From Squalus acanthias (Eukaryota), in the NCBI GenBank assembly GCA_030390025.1, contig JASTWF010000034.1, positions 6,014,001-6,078,000 of the forward strand: a stretch of 64,000 nt of DNA, written 5' to 3'. This document shows positions 25,901-39,080 of the stretch, piece after piece; the first letter of the stretch is position 1, and every line of letters starts with the position of its first letter. A program made the position numbers and the translations under genes. Under the pieces are notes generated by a model. That model made no database searches, was not told the origin of the DNA, and saw nothing but the letters and a program-made list of their open reading frames with translations.

Positions 25901-25997
25901 CTAAATGCAGGAAGATTGCGGCAAATGGAATTTAATCCGGAGAAGTGTGAGGTAATTCATTTGGGGAGGGCTAACAAGTCAACGGATCCTACACTGA

Positions 25998-27055
25998 GGA
26001 ACATAGGAAGAGGAGTCGGCCATTCAGCCCCTTGAGCCTGTTGCCCCATTCAATGCGATCATTGACTGATCTGCGATCTAACTCCATAAACCCACCTTTG
26101 GCCCATATCCCTTCATACCTTTGGTTAACAAAAAGCAATAAATCTCCGATTTAAAATTAACAATTTATCTAGCATCCACTTCCGTTTGTGGAAGAGAGTT
26201 CCAAATTTCTCCCACTTTGTGTGTCGAAGTGTTTCCTAATTTCACTCCTGAAAGGACTGCCTCTAATTCTTAGACTGTGCCCCCAGTCCTAGTATCCCGA
26301 CCAATGGATATAGTTTCTCGCTATCTACTCTATCTGTTCCCCTTAATATCCTGAAAACTTCGCTCAGATCACCCCTTAACCTTCTAAATTCTAGGGAATA
26401 GAACCCTAATTTGTGTAATCTCTCCTCGTAACTTAACCCTTGAAGTCTGGGTATCATTCTGGTAAACCTGCGCTGCACTCCCTCCAAGGCCAATATATCC
26501 TTCCTAAGGTGTGGTGCCCAGAACTGCTCACAGTACTCCAGGTGTGGTCTAACCAGGGTTTTGTATAGCTGCAGAATAACTTCTACCCCCTTGTAATCTA
26601 GTCCTTTAGATATAAAGACCAGCTTTCCATGAGCCTTTTTGATTATTTTCTGTACCTGTCCATGACATTTTAATGATCTATGTACCTGGACCCCCCAAGT
26701 CTCTTTGGAACTCCACTCTTTTTAGCTTTTCACCATTTAGAAAGTAACCTGTTCTATCCTTTTAGGGTCCAAAGTGATTGACCTCACATTTGCTTACATT
26801 GAAATTCATTTGCCATAGTTTTGCCCATTCCCTTAATCTGTCAATATCCCTTTGTAACTTTATGGTTTCACCTACACTGCTTACAATGCTGCCTATCTTT
26901 GTGACATCGGCACATTTGGGTATATGACTTTCTATGACATCACCGAAGTCATTAATAAATATTGTGAATAGCTGAGGCCCCAAAACACAGCCCTGCCGGA
27001 CACCAGGAGTCACATCCTGCCAATTTGAGTACCTACCCATTATCCCTACGCTGTA
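25998..27055 (-). mobile_element. CR1 LINE 3' portion
   Basis: WQDVTPGVRQGCVLGPQLFTIFIND; ALEGVQRRFTRMIPRLQGLSYEERL. Confidence 0.92.
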
Positions 27056-27059
27056 TCCT

Positions 27060-27392
27060 GACGCTTTATAAAGGGTTATAAAGGATTATGCTGGGTTATA
27101 AATTATTATAAATGAATATAAAGTATTATAATGATATATAAATGTTGATATTGGGATATAAAGTTTTATGATGAATTGTTAAGGAATATAAAGGGCTGTA
27201 ATGATCGACAAAGGCTTATAAAGTGTTATAATGATTGACAAAGGATTATAAAGGGATTTGAATGGGGTACAAAGTGATGCAAAATATGATAAAGGGACAT
27301 GATCCTTTATAAATCATTACAATCCTTAATAACCCGTTATACACCTTTTGTAAATGATTATTAAGGATTCTAACGTTATAAAGAGTTATAAG
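27060..27392. repeat. AT-rich low-complexity ttataaag/ttataatg tract
   Basis: Degenerate short-period repeat. Confidence 0.75.
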
Positions 27393-28287
27393 GCTCCCAC
27401 TACACTGTCCCATTAAACAGTCCCAGTGCAGGTACAGCATTTGTTAGATACTTAGTAAAGATCCCTCTGCACTGTCCCATCAAACACTCGCAGGTTAGGT
27501 ACAGCATTGGTTAGATACAGAGTAAACCTTCCTCTACACTCTCCCAATGCACACTCCCAGGGCAGGTTGAGTATGGGTTAGATACAGAGTAATGCTCCCT
27601 CCACATTATGCCATCAAACACTCCCAGGTCATGTACAGCACGGGTTACCTACAGAGTAAAGCTCTCTCTACACTGTGCCAACAAGCATTCCCAGGCAGCT
27701 ACAGCACAAGTTAGATGCAGATTAAAGCACCCTCTACACTGCCCCATCAAACACGCCCAGGGCAGGAACAGTACGGTTTAGATACAGATTAAAGATCCCT
27801 CTACAGAATCCCATCATACATTCCCAGGGCAGGTACTGCAATGGTTAGATATAGAATGAAGCTCCCTCTACACTGTCCCATCAAACACACTCAGAGCAAG
27901 TACAGCACAGGGTAGATACAGAGTAAAGCTCCCTCTTCACTGTCCCATCAAACACTCGCAGGGCAAGAAGTGCATGGGTTAGGTACAGAGTAAAGCTCCC
28001 TTTACACTGTCCTATCAAAAACTGCCAGGGCAGGGACAGCACGGGTTAAGTACAGAGTAAAGCTCCCTCTACACTTTCCCATCAAACATCCCCATGGCAG
28101 GTACAGCCCAGGTTAGATGCAGAGTAAAGCTCCCTCTACACTGTCCCATGAAACACTCCCAGTGCAGGTGCAGCACGGGTTAGATACAGAGTAAAGCTTC
28201 CTCTACACTGTCCCATCAAACTTTCTAAGGCAGGTACAGCCCGCGATAGATACCGAATAAAGCTCCCTCTGGACTATCCCATCAAAC
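27393..28287 (-). repeat. 67-bp satellite in inverted orientation
   Basis: ctacactgtcccatcaaacactcccagggcaggtacagcacgggttagatacagagtaaagctccct is the reverse complement of the consensus. Confidence 0.95.
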
Positions 28288-31200
28288 TTCCTGTGTCCCT
28301 GACGACCATGTGTGTGGGAAATGTATCCAGCTGCAGCTACTGACGGACCGCATTGTGGCGCTGGAGCTGCGGATGGATGCATATTGGAGCATTTGCGACG
28401 CTGAGAACGTCGTGAATAACACGTTTAGCGAGTTGGTCACACCGCAGGTAAAGGGTGTACAGGCAGGAAGTGAATGGGTGACCATCAGGCAGCGTAAGAG
28501 GTGCAGGCACGTAGTGCAGGGGTCCCCTGTGGCCATCCCCCTCTCAAACAGATATACCACTTTGGATGCTGTTGGGGGGGATGACTTATCAGGGGAAGGC
28601 GGCAGCAGCCAACTTCCTGGCACCATGGGTGGCTCTGCTGCACAGGCTGGGAGGAAAAAGTGTGGAAGAGCTATAGTGATAGGGGATTCAATTGTAAGGG
28701 GAATAGATAGGCGTTTCTGCGGCCGCAATCGAGACTCCAGGATGGTGTGTTGCCTCCCTGGTGCAAGGGTCAAGGACGTCTCGGAGCGGCTACAAAACAC
28801 TTTGGAGTGGGACGGCGAACAGCCAGTTGTCGTGGTGCACATAGGCATCAACGATATAGGTAAAAAACGGGATGAGGTCCTAAAAGCAGAATATAGGGAG
28901 TTAGGAGGTAAATTAAAAAAGAGGACCTCAAAGGTAGTAATCTCAGGATTGCTACCAGTGCCACGTGCCAGTCAGAGTAGAAATAGAAGGATATTTCAAA
29001 TGAATACGTGGCTAGAAGAATGGTGCAAGGGGGAGGGATTCAAATTCCTTGGACATTGGAACCGGTTCTGGGGGAGGTGGGACCAGTACAAACGGGACGG
29101 TCTGCACCTGGGCACTGCCGGGACCGATGTCCTAGGGGGAGTGTTTGCTAGTGCTGTTGGGGAGGGTTTAAACTAAAGTGGCAGGGGGTTGGGAACCTGA
29201 GCAGGGAGACAGAGGAAAGGGAAATAAGGATAAAAGCTAAAGACAGGAAGGAGAAAAACAAAAGTAGAAGGCAAAGAACTCAACGGTTTAAATCAAACAT
29301 GGTCACAGTAAATAATAATTCATATAGGTCTGAGAGCGTAAAAAAAACAAGCCTGAAGGCTTTGTGTCTTAATGCAAGGAGCATTCCGAACAAGGTAAAT
29401 GAATTAGCTGCGCAAATACAGGTAAATGAATACGATTTGATTGGGATTACAGAAACATGGCTCCAGGGTGGCCAAGGCTGGGAACTCAACATCCAGGGTT
29501 ATTCAATATTTAGGAAAGATAGGCAACAAAGAAAGGGAGGTGGGGTAGCATTGCTGGTTAAAGAGGGGATTAACACAATTGAAAGGAAGGATATTAGCTC
29601 TGATGATGCGGAATCTGTATGGGTAGAACTGAGAAATAACAAGGGGCAGAAAACGTTAGTGGGAGTGGTATATAGACCTCCAAAAAGTAATACGGAGGTT
29701 GGGGACGGCATTAAAAGGGAAATTAGAGAAGCATGCAGTAAGGGCACAGCAGTCATCATGGGTGACTTTAATTTACATATAGATTGGGCTAACCAAATTA
29801 GTAAAAATACTGTGGAGGAGGAATTCCTAGAATGTTTGCGAGATGGTTTTCTGGAACAATATGTAAAGGAACCAACCAGAGATCAGGCCATCTTAGACTG
29901 GGTATTATGTAACGAGAAAGGATTAATTAGCAATCTTGTTGTACGATGCCCCTTGGGTCAGAGTGATCATAATATGATAGAATTCTTCATTAGGATGGAG
30001 AGTGAAGTAGTTGAATCAGAGACTAGGGTCCTGAATTTAAATAAAGGAAACTACGATGGTTTGAGGCGCGAATTGGGTAGGATTGATTGGGGAATGTCAC
30101 TCAAGGGGTTGACGGTGGATAGGCAATGGCAAACATTCAAAGACTGCATGGAGGAACTACAGAATTTGTACATCCCAGTGTGGCATAAGAATAAAACAAA
30201 AAGGGTGACTCAACCGTGGTTAACAAGGGAAATTAGGGATAGCATAAGATCCAAGGAGAGGGCATATAAATTGGCCAGAAAAAGTGGTAGCCCTGAGGAT
30301 TGGGAGCAGTTTAGGATTCAACAAAGGAGGACAAAGGGATTAATTAAGAAGGGGAAAATAGAATATGAAAGTAAGCTTGCTGGGAACATAAAAACTGACT
30401 AAGAGCTTTTATAGATATGTGAAGAGAAAAAGATTAGTGAAATCAAGTGTAGGTCCCTTGCAGTCAGAAGCGGGGAAGTTATAATGGGGAACAAAGAAAT
30501 CCCAGCCCAAGTAAATGCATATTTTGGTTCTGTCTTCACAAAGGAGGACACAAATAACCTCCCAGAGATGTTGGAGAATATACGGTCTGATGAAAGGGAG
30601 GAACTGAAAGAAATCAGTATTTGCAGGGAAATGGTGTTGGGGAAATTGACGTTATTGAAGGCCGATAAATCCCCAGGGCCTGATAATCTACATCCTAGGG
30701 TACTTAAAGAAGTGGCCCTAGAAATAGTAGATGAATTGCTGATCATCTTCCAACATTCGATGGAATCTGGAACTGTACCCATGGATTGGAGGGTAGCTAA
30801 TGTTACCCCACTATTCAAAAAGGGTGGTAGAGAGAAAGCGGGGAATTACAGACCGGAAAGCCTGACATCGGTAGTGGGGAAAATGCTAGAGTCCATTATA
30901 AAGGATGTAATAGCTGAGCATTTGAAAAACAGTGACAGGATCGGACAAAGTCAACATGGATTTACAAAAGGTAAATCGTGCTTGACTAATCTACTGGAAT
31001 TTTTTGAGGATGTAACTGGGAAAATAGATAAGGGAGAACCAGTAGATGTGGTGTATTTGGTCTTTCAAAAGGCTTTCGATAAGGTCCCGCATAAGAGATT
31101 AGCGGGTAAAGTTAAGGCACATGGGATTGGGGGCAAGGTATTGACTTGGATAGAGAACTGGTTGGCGGACAGAAAGCAGAGAGTAGGAATTGATGGGTCT

Positions 31201-32252
31201 TTTTCCGAGTGGCAAGCAGTGACTAGTGGGGTACCGCAGGGATCGGTCCTGGGACCCCAGCTATTCACAATATACATTAATGATCTAGATAAGGGAATTA
31301 AATGTAATATCTCCAAGTTTGCAGATGACACAATGCTGGGTGGGAGTGTGTGCAGCGAGGAGGATAGCGAGAGACTCCAGGATGATCTGGACAGGTTGGG
31401 TGAGTGGGCAGAAGCGTGGCAGATGCAATATAACGTGGAGAAGTGCGAGGTTATCCGCTCTGGTGTCAAAAACAGAAAGGCAGACTATTATCTGAATGGC
31501 AATAGATTGGGAGAAGGGGAAGTGCAACGAGACCTGGGTGTCCTTGTGCACCAGTCGCTGAAAGTAAGCATGCAGGTGCAGCAGGCGGTGAAGAAGGCAA
31601 ATGGTATGTTGGCCTTCATAGCGAAAGGGTTTGAGTATAGGAACAGGGATGTCCTGCTGCAGTTGTACAGGGCCTTGGTGAGACCACACCTTGAGTACTG
31701 TGTGCAGTTTTGGTCGCCTTATCTGAGGAAGGATGTTCTTGCCATGGAAAGAGTTCAGCGAAGATTCACAAGGCTGATACCTGTGATGGCAGGAATGACA
31801 TATGAGGAGAGATTAGGTCGATTGGGCTTATACTCACTGGAGTATAGAAGATTGAGAGGGGATCTCATCGAAACATAAAATTCTGACAGGTCTGGACAAA
31901 CTAGATGCAGGAAGAATTTTCCCGATGGTCGGAGAGTCCAGAAACAGGGGTCATAATCTACGGATAACGGGTAAACCATTTAGGACAGAAATGAGGAGTA
32001 ATTTCTTCACCCAGAGAGTGGTGAACCTGTGGAATTCTCTACCACAGAAGGTAGTTGAGGCGAGGTCATTAAATATATTCAAGGATGAGTTAGATATATT
32101 TCTTAAAGCTAAAGGTATCAAGGGATATGGGGAGAAGGCAGGTACAGGGTACTGAGTTTAGATGATCAGCCATGATCTCATCGAATGGCGGAGCAGGCTC
32201 GAGGGGCCGAATGGCCTACTCCTGCTCCTATCTTCTATGTTTCTATGTTTCT
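28288..32252 (+). mobile_element. Near full-length CR1 LINE: ORF1 (SGNH/GDSL esterase, 28310-29176) and ORF2 (APE + RT, 29299-32155, disrupted)
   Basis: IVIGDSIVRG, VHIGINDIG, DGLHL; LNARSI, ITETWL, GDFN, SDHN; NYRPESLTS, GVPQGSVLGP, FADD; ttctatgt tail; ORF2 broken at ~30400 and ~31876; aaac on both flanks. Confidence 0.97.
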
Positions 32253-33190
32253 AAACACTCCCAGGTCAGGTACAGCGCAGGTAAGATACAGAGTAATGTT
32301 GCCTATACACTGTTGCATCAAACACTCTCAGGCCAGTTACAGCACGGGTTAGATGCAGAGTAAAGATCCATCTACAGAATCTCATCAAACACTCCCAGGG
32401 AGTACAGCAATGGTTAGATACAGAGTAAAGCTCCCTCTAAACTGCCCCATCAAATACTCCCAGGGCAGGGACAGCACGGGTTAGATACAGAGTAAAGCTC
32501 CCACTGCACTGTCCCATGAAACACTCGCAGGGCATTTAGTGCATGGGCTAGGTACAGAGTAAAGCCCCCGCTACACTGTCCCATCAAAATCTGCCAGGGC
32601 AGGTACAGCACGGGTTAGATTCAGAGTAAAGCTCCCTCTACACTGTCCAATCAAACACTCCCAGGGCAGGTACAGCACGGGTTAGATACATAGTAAAGCG
32701 CCCTCTACATTGTCCCATCAAACAATCCCAGGGCAGGTTCAGCAATGTTTTGAAAGAGTAATGCTCCCTCATCACTGTCGCATTAAATACTCGCAGGGCA
32801 GGTAGTGCACGGGTTAGGTATAGAGTAAAGCTCCCTCTACACTGTCCCATCAAACACTCCCAGGGCAGATACAGAACAGTTTAGATACAGAGTAAAGCTC
32901 CCTCTACACTGTCCCATCACACACTCCCAGGGCAGGTACAGCACTGGGATTGATGCAAAGTAAAGCTCCCTCTACACTGTTCCTTCAAATATTCCCAGGG
33001 CAGGTACAGCACGGGTTAGATATAGAGTAACGCTCCCTCTACACTGTTCCATCACACACTCCCAGATCAGGTACAGCACGGGTTAGATACAGTGTAAAGC
33101 TCGCTCTACACTGTCCCATCAAACACTCCCAGGGCAGGTACAGCACGGGTTAGATACAGAGTAAAGCTTCCTCTACACTGTTCCATGAAA
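32253..33190 (-). repeat. 67-bp satellite, inverted; continuation of 27393-28287
   Basis: Same unit, resuming in register after the CR1 tail. Confidence 0.95.
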
Positions 33191-36100
33191 TTAGAGAGAT
33201 GAATGCGTAACTCAAAGACTGGTATGGGAGAAATTGGTTTCGCTTCCTGGGGCTCTAGCACCAGTACTGGGGAAAGTGGGATCTGTACCGTTGGGTTGGT
33301 CTTCACCTGAACCGTGCTGGGACCAGTGTTCTGGCGAGTCATATAACTAGGGCGGTAGAGAGGGCTTTCAACTTAATATTGGGGGCCAGGGATCAAATCT
33401 GGGAAGATGTGGTAAATCAAAGAGTAGAAACAAGACAAGAGAGAAAGGTATTAATATGGGAAATGATAAACAGACCATGACGGGAAGGGATAGAGAGTAC
33501 AAATCTAAGAGTAAATCAACAGATAAGGCTAAAGGTTACAAAAATAATAAAAGGACAAAACTAAAGGCTCTGTATCTGAATGCACGTAGCATTCGAAACA
33601 AAACAGATGAACTGATGGCGCAAATAGAATTAAATAAGTACAATCTGATAGCCATTACAGAGACATGGCTGCAGGATGACAAACATTGGGATCTGAATAT
33701 TGAAGGGTACATGATATTTAGGAAAAAGTGGAGGGGTGGCTCTGTAAATTAATAATGGTATTAGCGCAATAGAGGGATGACTTAAGTTCAGGAAACCAGG
33801 ATGTAGAAGCGGTTTGGGTAGAGATGAGAAATGATGAAGGCAAGAAGTCACTTGTGGAAGTGGTGTACAGGCCCCCTAACAGTAACCACACGTTAGGATG
33901 GAGTATCAAGGAAGAAATAATGGGAGCTTGTCAGAAAGGTACGGCAATAATCATGGGGGATTTTAATCTACATATAGATGGAAAAATCAGATGGGCAAAG
34001 GTAGCCTAGATGAGGATTTCATAGAATGTTTTTGGGACAGTTTCTTAGAACAGCACGTTCTGGAGCCAACCAGAGAGCAGGCTATAGTAGACCTGGTATT
34101 GTGAAACAAGATCAGATTAATTAATGACCACATAGTGAAGGTGCCCCTAGGTCGCAGCGATCAGAATATGATTGAATTTTACATTCAGTTTGAGGGAGAG
34201 AAGATTTGGTCCAAGACTAGTTTTTTCTAACTTGAATAAGGGCAATTATGAGGGCATGATAGCAGAGCTAGCTCAAGTGAACTGGCAAACTGGAGTAAGC
34301 GATAGGTCAATAGAGCTGCAGTGGCAGACTTTTAATGGGATAGTTCAGAATACACAGAATAGATCCATTCCAACGAGAAAGAAAAATTCCAAGGGGAGGA
34401 CCCACCATCCGTGGTTAACTAAAAAAGTTAAAGATAGTATCGAAAGTTAAAAAAAAAGCATATAATGGTGAAAAGATGGGTGGCAGGTCAGAAGATTGGA
34501 CAGAATATAAACAAACAGCAAAGAATTACTAAAAGATTAATAAGGAGAGAAAAATGAGAGTACGAGAGAAAGCTAGCTAGAAATATAAAAACAGATAGTA
34601 AGAGTTTCTATAGATATTCTAAAAAGAAAAGAGTTAACAAAGGGAGCGTTGGTCCTATAAAAAGTGAGTCTGGGGAATTAATAATGGAAAATAAGGAGAT
34701 GGCAGTTGAATTGAACAGGTATTTTGCATCGGTCTTCACTATAGAGGATACAAGTAACATCCCAGAAACAGCTGTAAATCAGGAAATGGAAGGGAGGGAG
34801 GAAGTCAAGAAAATTACAATCACCAGGGAAGTAGTACTGAGGAAATTGTTGGAGATGCGGGCTGACAAGTCCCCGGGTCCTGATGGACTTCATCCTAGGG
34901 TCTTAAAAGAAGTAGCTAGTGAGATAGTTGATGCGTTGGTTTTAATTTTCCAAAATTCCCTAGATTCGGGGAGGGTTCCATTAGATTAGAAAATAGCGAT
35001 TGTAACTCCTTTATTCAAAAAGGGAGTGAGACAGAAAGCAGGAAACTACAGGCCAGTTAGCTTAACACCTGTCTTAGGGAAGATGCTAGAAACTATTATT
35101 AAAGACGTTATAGCAGGGCACTTGGAAAAGTTCAAGGTAATCAGGCAGAGTCAGCATGGTTTTGTGAAAGGGAAATCATGTTTAACCAATTTATTGGAGT
35201 TCTTTGAGGAAGTAACATGTGCTGTGGATAAAGGGGAACCGGTGGATGTACTGTACTTAGATTTCCAGAAGGCATTTGATAAGGTGCCACATCAAAGGTT
35301 ATTTCGAAAATAAAAGCTCATGGTGTAGGGGGCAACATATTGGCATGGATAGAAGATTGGCTAGCTAACCGGAAACAGAGTGTAGGCATAAATGGGTCAT
35401 TTTCTGGTTAGCAAATGTAATGTGTAGTGTGCCACAGGGATAATGCTGGGGCCTCAACTTTTTACAATTTATATAAATGACTTGGATGAAGGGACCGAAG
35501 GTATGGTTGCCAAATTTGCTTATGACAAAAAGATAGGTAGGAAATTAAATTGTGAAGCGGACATATGGAGGCTACAAGGGTATATAAATAGGTTAAGTGA
35601 GTGGGCAAAGATCTGGCAAATAGAGTATAATGTGTGAAAATGTGCAATTGTGCATTTGGGCTGGAAACAAAAGATAAGCATATTATCTAAATGGTGAGAG
35701 ATTGCAGAGCTTTGAGGTGCAGAGGGTTCTGGGTGTCCTAGTGCATGAATCACAAAAGGTTAGTATGCAGGTACTGCGAGTAATTAGGAAAGCTAATAGA
35801 ATGTTAACGTTTATTGCGAGGGGAATTGAATACAAAAGTAGGGAGTTTATGCTTCAGTTATAGAGGGCATTGGTGAGACCACATCTGGAGTACTGAGTAC
35901 AGTATAAGTCCCCTTATCTAAGGAAGGATGTAAATGCGTTGGAAGCAGTTCAGAGAAGGTTTACTAGACTAATACCTGGAATGGGCGGGTTGTCTTATGA
36001 GGAAAGGTTGGACAGGCTAGGCTTGTATCCACTGGAGTTTAGAAGAGTAAGAGGTGACTTGATTGAAACCTATAAGATCCTGAGGGGTCTTGACAGGGTG

Positions 36101-36438
36101 GATGCGGAGAGGATGTTTCCTCTTGTGGGAGAATCACGAACTAGGGGTCACTGTTTAAAAATAATGGAGCGCCCATTTTAGACAGAGATGAGGAGAATGT
36201 TTTTTCTCAGAGGGTCGCGAGTCTTTGGAACTCTCTTCCTCAGAGGGCGGTGGAAGCAGAGTCTTTGAATATTTCAAGGCGGACGTAGATAGATTCTTGA
36301 TAAGCAAGGGAGTGAAAGGTTATCGGGGGTTGGACGGGAATGTGGAGTAATCAGATCAGCCATGATCTTATTGAATGGCGGAACAGGCTTGAGGGGCCGA
36401 ATGGCCGACTCCTGTTCCTAATTCGTATGTTCGTTATG
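33190..36438 (+). mobile_element. CR1 LINE (end of ORF1 to 3' tail), multiply frameshifted
   Basis: LYLNARSIRNK, ITETWL, KSPGPDGLHPRVLKE, DFQKAFDKVPH; ttcgtatg tail. Confidence 0.95.
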
Positions 36439-37285
36439 TACCTGCCCCGGGGGGATTGGGAGGGGCTTGGCCGCTTTAACATTTTTAAAGCTGCTCTTTG
36501 ATTGATTGGCTCCCTGCTCCTGTGTGATGTCACTTGGAAACAGGGCCCCGCCCCTGGTTACGGCCCATCAGTGGGATGTCAGTGTGGGAGGAGCTGAAGT
36601 GACAGCTGACACTGGCAGTGAGTTTAGTCCCAATAAACAGGGCAAAGGGCTGAAAGGAACATTTTAATAATGTAAGTAATTCAAATACACATTAATTGCA
36701 AATATAATGAAATTAGATACAATCCCAGTCACAAAAACAGTCCCACTGTATTCCAGGTACTGGATCTGGGATTAATATGACTGATTTTTCTATTGACAGT
36801 CTCTGGGAGTGAGCAATATCTCAGGAAGGTGGAGAGAGAGAAGTCGAATCATTGCCACACTCACTGGGACTGGAGAAATGTCGCTGGTTTCACAGAGCAG
36901 ATCTGGTGGGATCGAGACCCCCAGTGTCGGAGACGGGATAAAACGGGAAGCTTCAACAATGATTGGAAAGGTGAGGAACTTTACTGAGAATTCCACCAGT
37001 CCAGGATTTTGCCGAGGTGAAAGTCTAACCAGATACTGGGAGCTGTTCAACATCTGCCGTCAGGCTCGGCCTTTGATGTGGCAAGTTGAGCAGAGCTTAA
37101 CTCAGAGATAAACCTTGCCCGTACCCCACCCGGGAGTGTTTGACACTTGCATGTAGAGGGATCTTTATTCTGTATTCACCCCATGCTGTACCCGAGCTGG
37201 TTGTGCTTCATTGGGTAGTGTCAAGGGAGCTGTACGCTGCATTGAACACATGATGTATCAGAGTTGGTTGTGTTGATGAACCAAA
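36439..37285 (+). other. Cassette E (most intact): CCAAT 36505, TGATGTCA, GC box, donor 36618, exon 36800-36970 (ATG 36878, MSLVSQSRSGGIETPSVGDGIKREASTMIGK), donor gtgagg
   Basis: All motifs and both GT donors present; 93-nt open coding segment. Confidence 0.75.
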
Positions 37286-37492
37286 ATGGAGGGAACTTTA
37301 CTGTGTAGCTAATCCATGCTGTACCTGCCCTGGGACTGTTTGGTGGGGCAGTGTAGAGGGAGCTTTACTCTGTATCTAACCCGTGCTGTACCTGCCCTGG
37401 GAGTGTTTGGTGGGGCAGTGTAGCGGGAGCTGAACTGTGTATCTAACCCACTGTACCTGCCCTGGAGGTATTTGATGAGAGCTTTACTCTGT
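37285..37492 (+). repeat. Short 67-bp satellite array
   Basis: About 3 units in forward orientation. Confidence 0.85.
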
Positions 37493-37499
37493 AACAGAG

Positions 37500-39080
37500 G
37501 ATTACATGGGGTATACAGCACAGAACCAGGCCATTCAGCCCAACCAGTCCATGCCAGCGTTTATGCTCCACTCAAGCCTCCTCCCGTCTTACCTCATCTA
37601 ATTCTATCAGCGTAACCCTCTATTCCCTTCTCCCACATATGCTTATCTAACTGCCCGTTAAATGCATCAATACTATTCGCTTCAACCACTCCCTGTGGTA
37701 GCGAGTTCCACATTCTCACCACTCTCTGGGTAAAGAGGTTTCTTCTGAATTCCCTATTTGATTTCTTGGTGACTATCTTATATTGATGGCCTCTAATTTT
37801 GCTGTTCCCCACAAGTGGAAACACTCTGTCTCTATCTACTCCATCAAAACCTTTCCTCATTTTAAAGACCTCTATCAGGTCAACCCTCAGCCTTCAAGAG
37901 AAAGGAGACCCAGCCTGTTCATCCGTTCCTAATATGTATACCTTGCTTTTCTGGTATTATCCATGTAAATATTCTCTGCACCCTCTCCAGTGCCTCTATA
38001 TCATTTTTAGAATATAGCGACCAGAATTGTACGCAGCACTCCAAGAGTGGTCTAACCAAGGTTCGATACAAGTTTAGCATAAATTCACTACTTTTCAATT
38101 CTACCTTTCCAGATATAAACCCGAGTGATTGGTTTGCTTTTTATGGCCTTATTAACCTGTGTCGCTACTTTCAGTGATGTGTGTATTTGTACTCCGAGAT
38201 CCCTTTGCTCCTCGACCCAATTTAGATTCTTATTTTCAAAGTAGTATGTGACCCCTCTATATTTCTGACAAAATGAAATGGCCCGAAAATTCGACCTGAT
38301 GCGGGAGAGTACGCACTGTGTACTCTCGCGTATTAGGTCCCGAAGTGCCGGGTTCCTGCATGCACGGGAAACCGGCACTTCCGGTATGGCGTAGTGGGCG
38401 GTTCCTAGGTGAACCGCGTGCGCACTACAGGCTGTGAGCACGCAGCACACTTAGGTTCTTTTTCAGGTTTCAACGCGAGGGTTAGTATGGAAAATTTTAC
38501 ACATATAAAAAGGAGGCGTAAGACCCCCTTTTAACAAGGTAAGTAGTTAATTAAGTATTTTAAATTTTTTTCAACAGGTTTATCTTTTTTAGAGACTTTA
38601 AAGAAAGGTAAGTTTATTTTTATAACTTTTAAAAAGAATTAAATTTTTTTCAAAAATTAAAATTTTTGTTTAAAGTGGTTAATTTATTTAACTATAGTTA
38701 TTTTATTAATGTGATGGTTTTTTATTAAATTTAATTGAGGTTTGGCTGTTCTTTTGGGGGCATGTTGTATTCATAGTTTTGACAGCTCTGCCTGTCATAA
38801 CTATGAATGAAAGGTGGTGTGCTGCCATTGGCTCTAACTGGCCCACGTGATCCCAGAGGGCGCATCGAATTAACTGCGCCTCTGGGACACGCAAGCACTG
38901 CGCGCCGGCACCAGGGAGAGGCCCTGGAACTGAAGTTCGTGTGGGCCCGAACCATAAAGGCAGGCGCGGAGTGCGATATCGCGGGGGACCCTTACACCCG
39001 CGGCAATCATCGATGTCTAATTTCTGGTCCATTACCTCAGATTTATCTGTATAAATTGCATTTGCCAATTATATGCCCAT
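37500..39080 (-). mobile_element. CR1 3' fragment (paralog of 5660-6470) interrupted by a MITE
   Basis: RRNLFTQRVVRMWNSLPQGVVEANSIDAF; shares its junction and AT-rich flank with 6470-6560. Confidence 0.9.
38280..39030. mobile_element. Non-autonomous DNA transposon (MITE), possibly PIF/Harbinger type
   Basis: Imperfect TIRs ggcccgaaaattcgac / gtctaatttctggtcc; flanks aat/att; empty site atgaaatacgtc at ~6417; GC-rich arms and AT-rich core. Confidence 0.7.

Noticed and set aside
28288..32252. Potentially active CR1
   Set aside because: ORF1 is 5'-truncated and ORF2 is broken near 30400 and 31876
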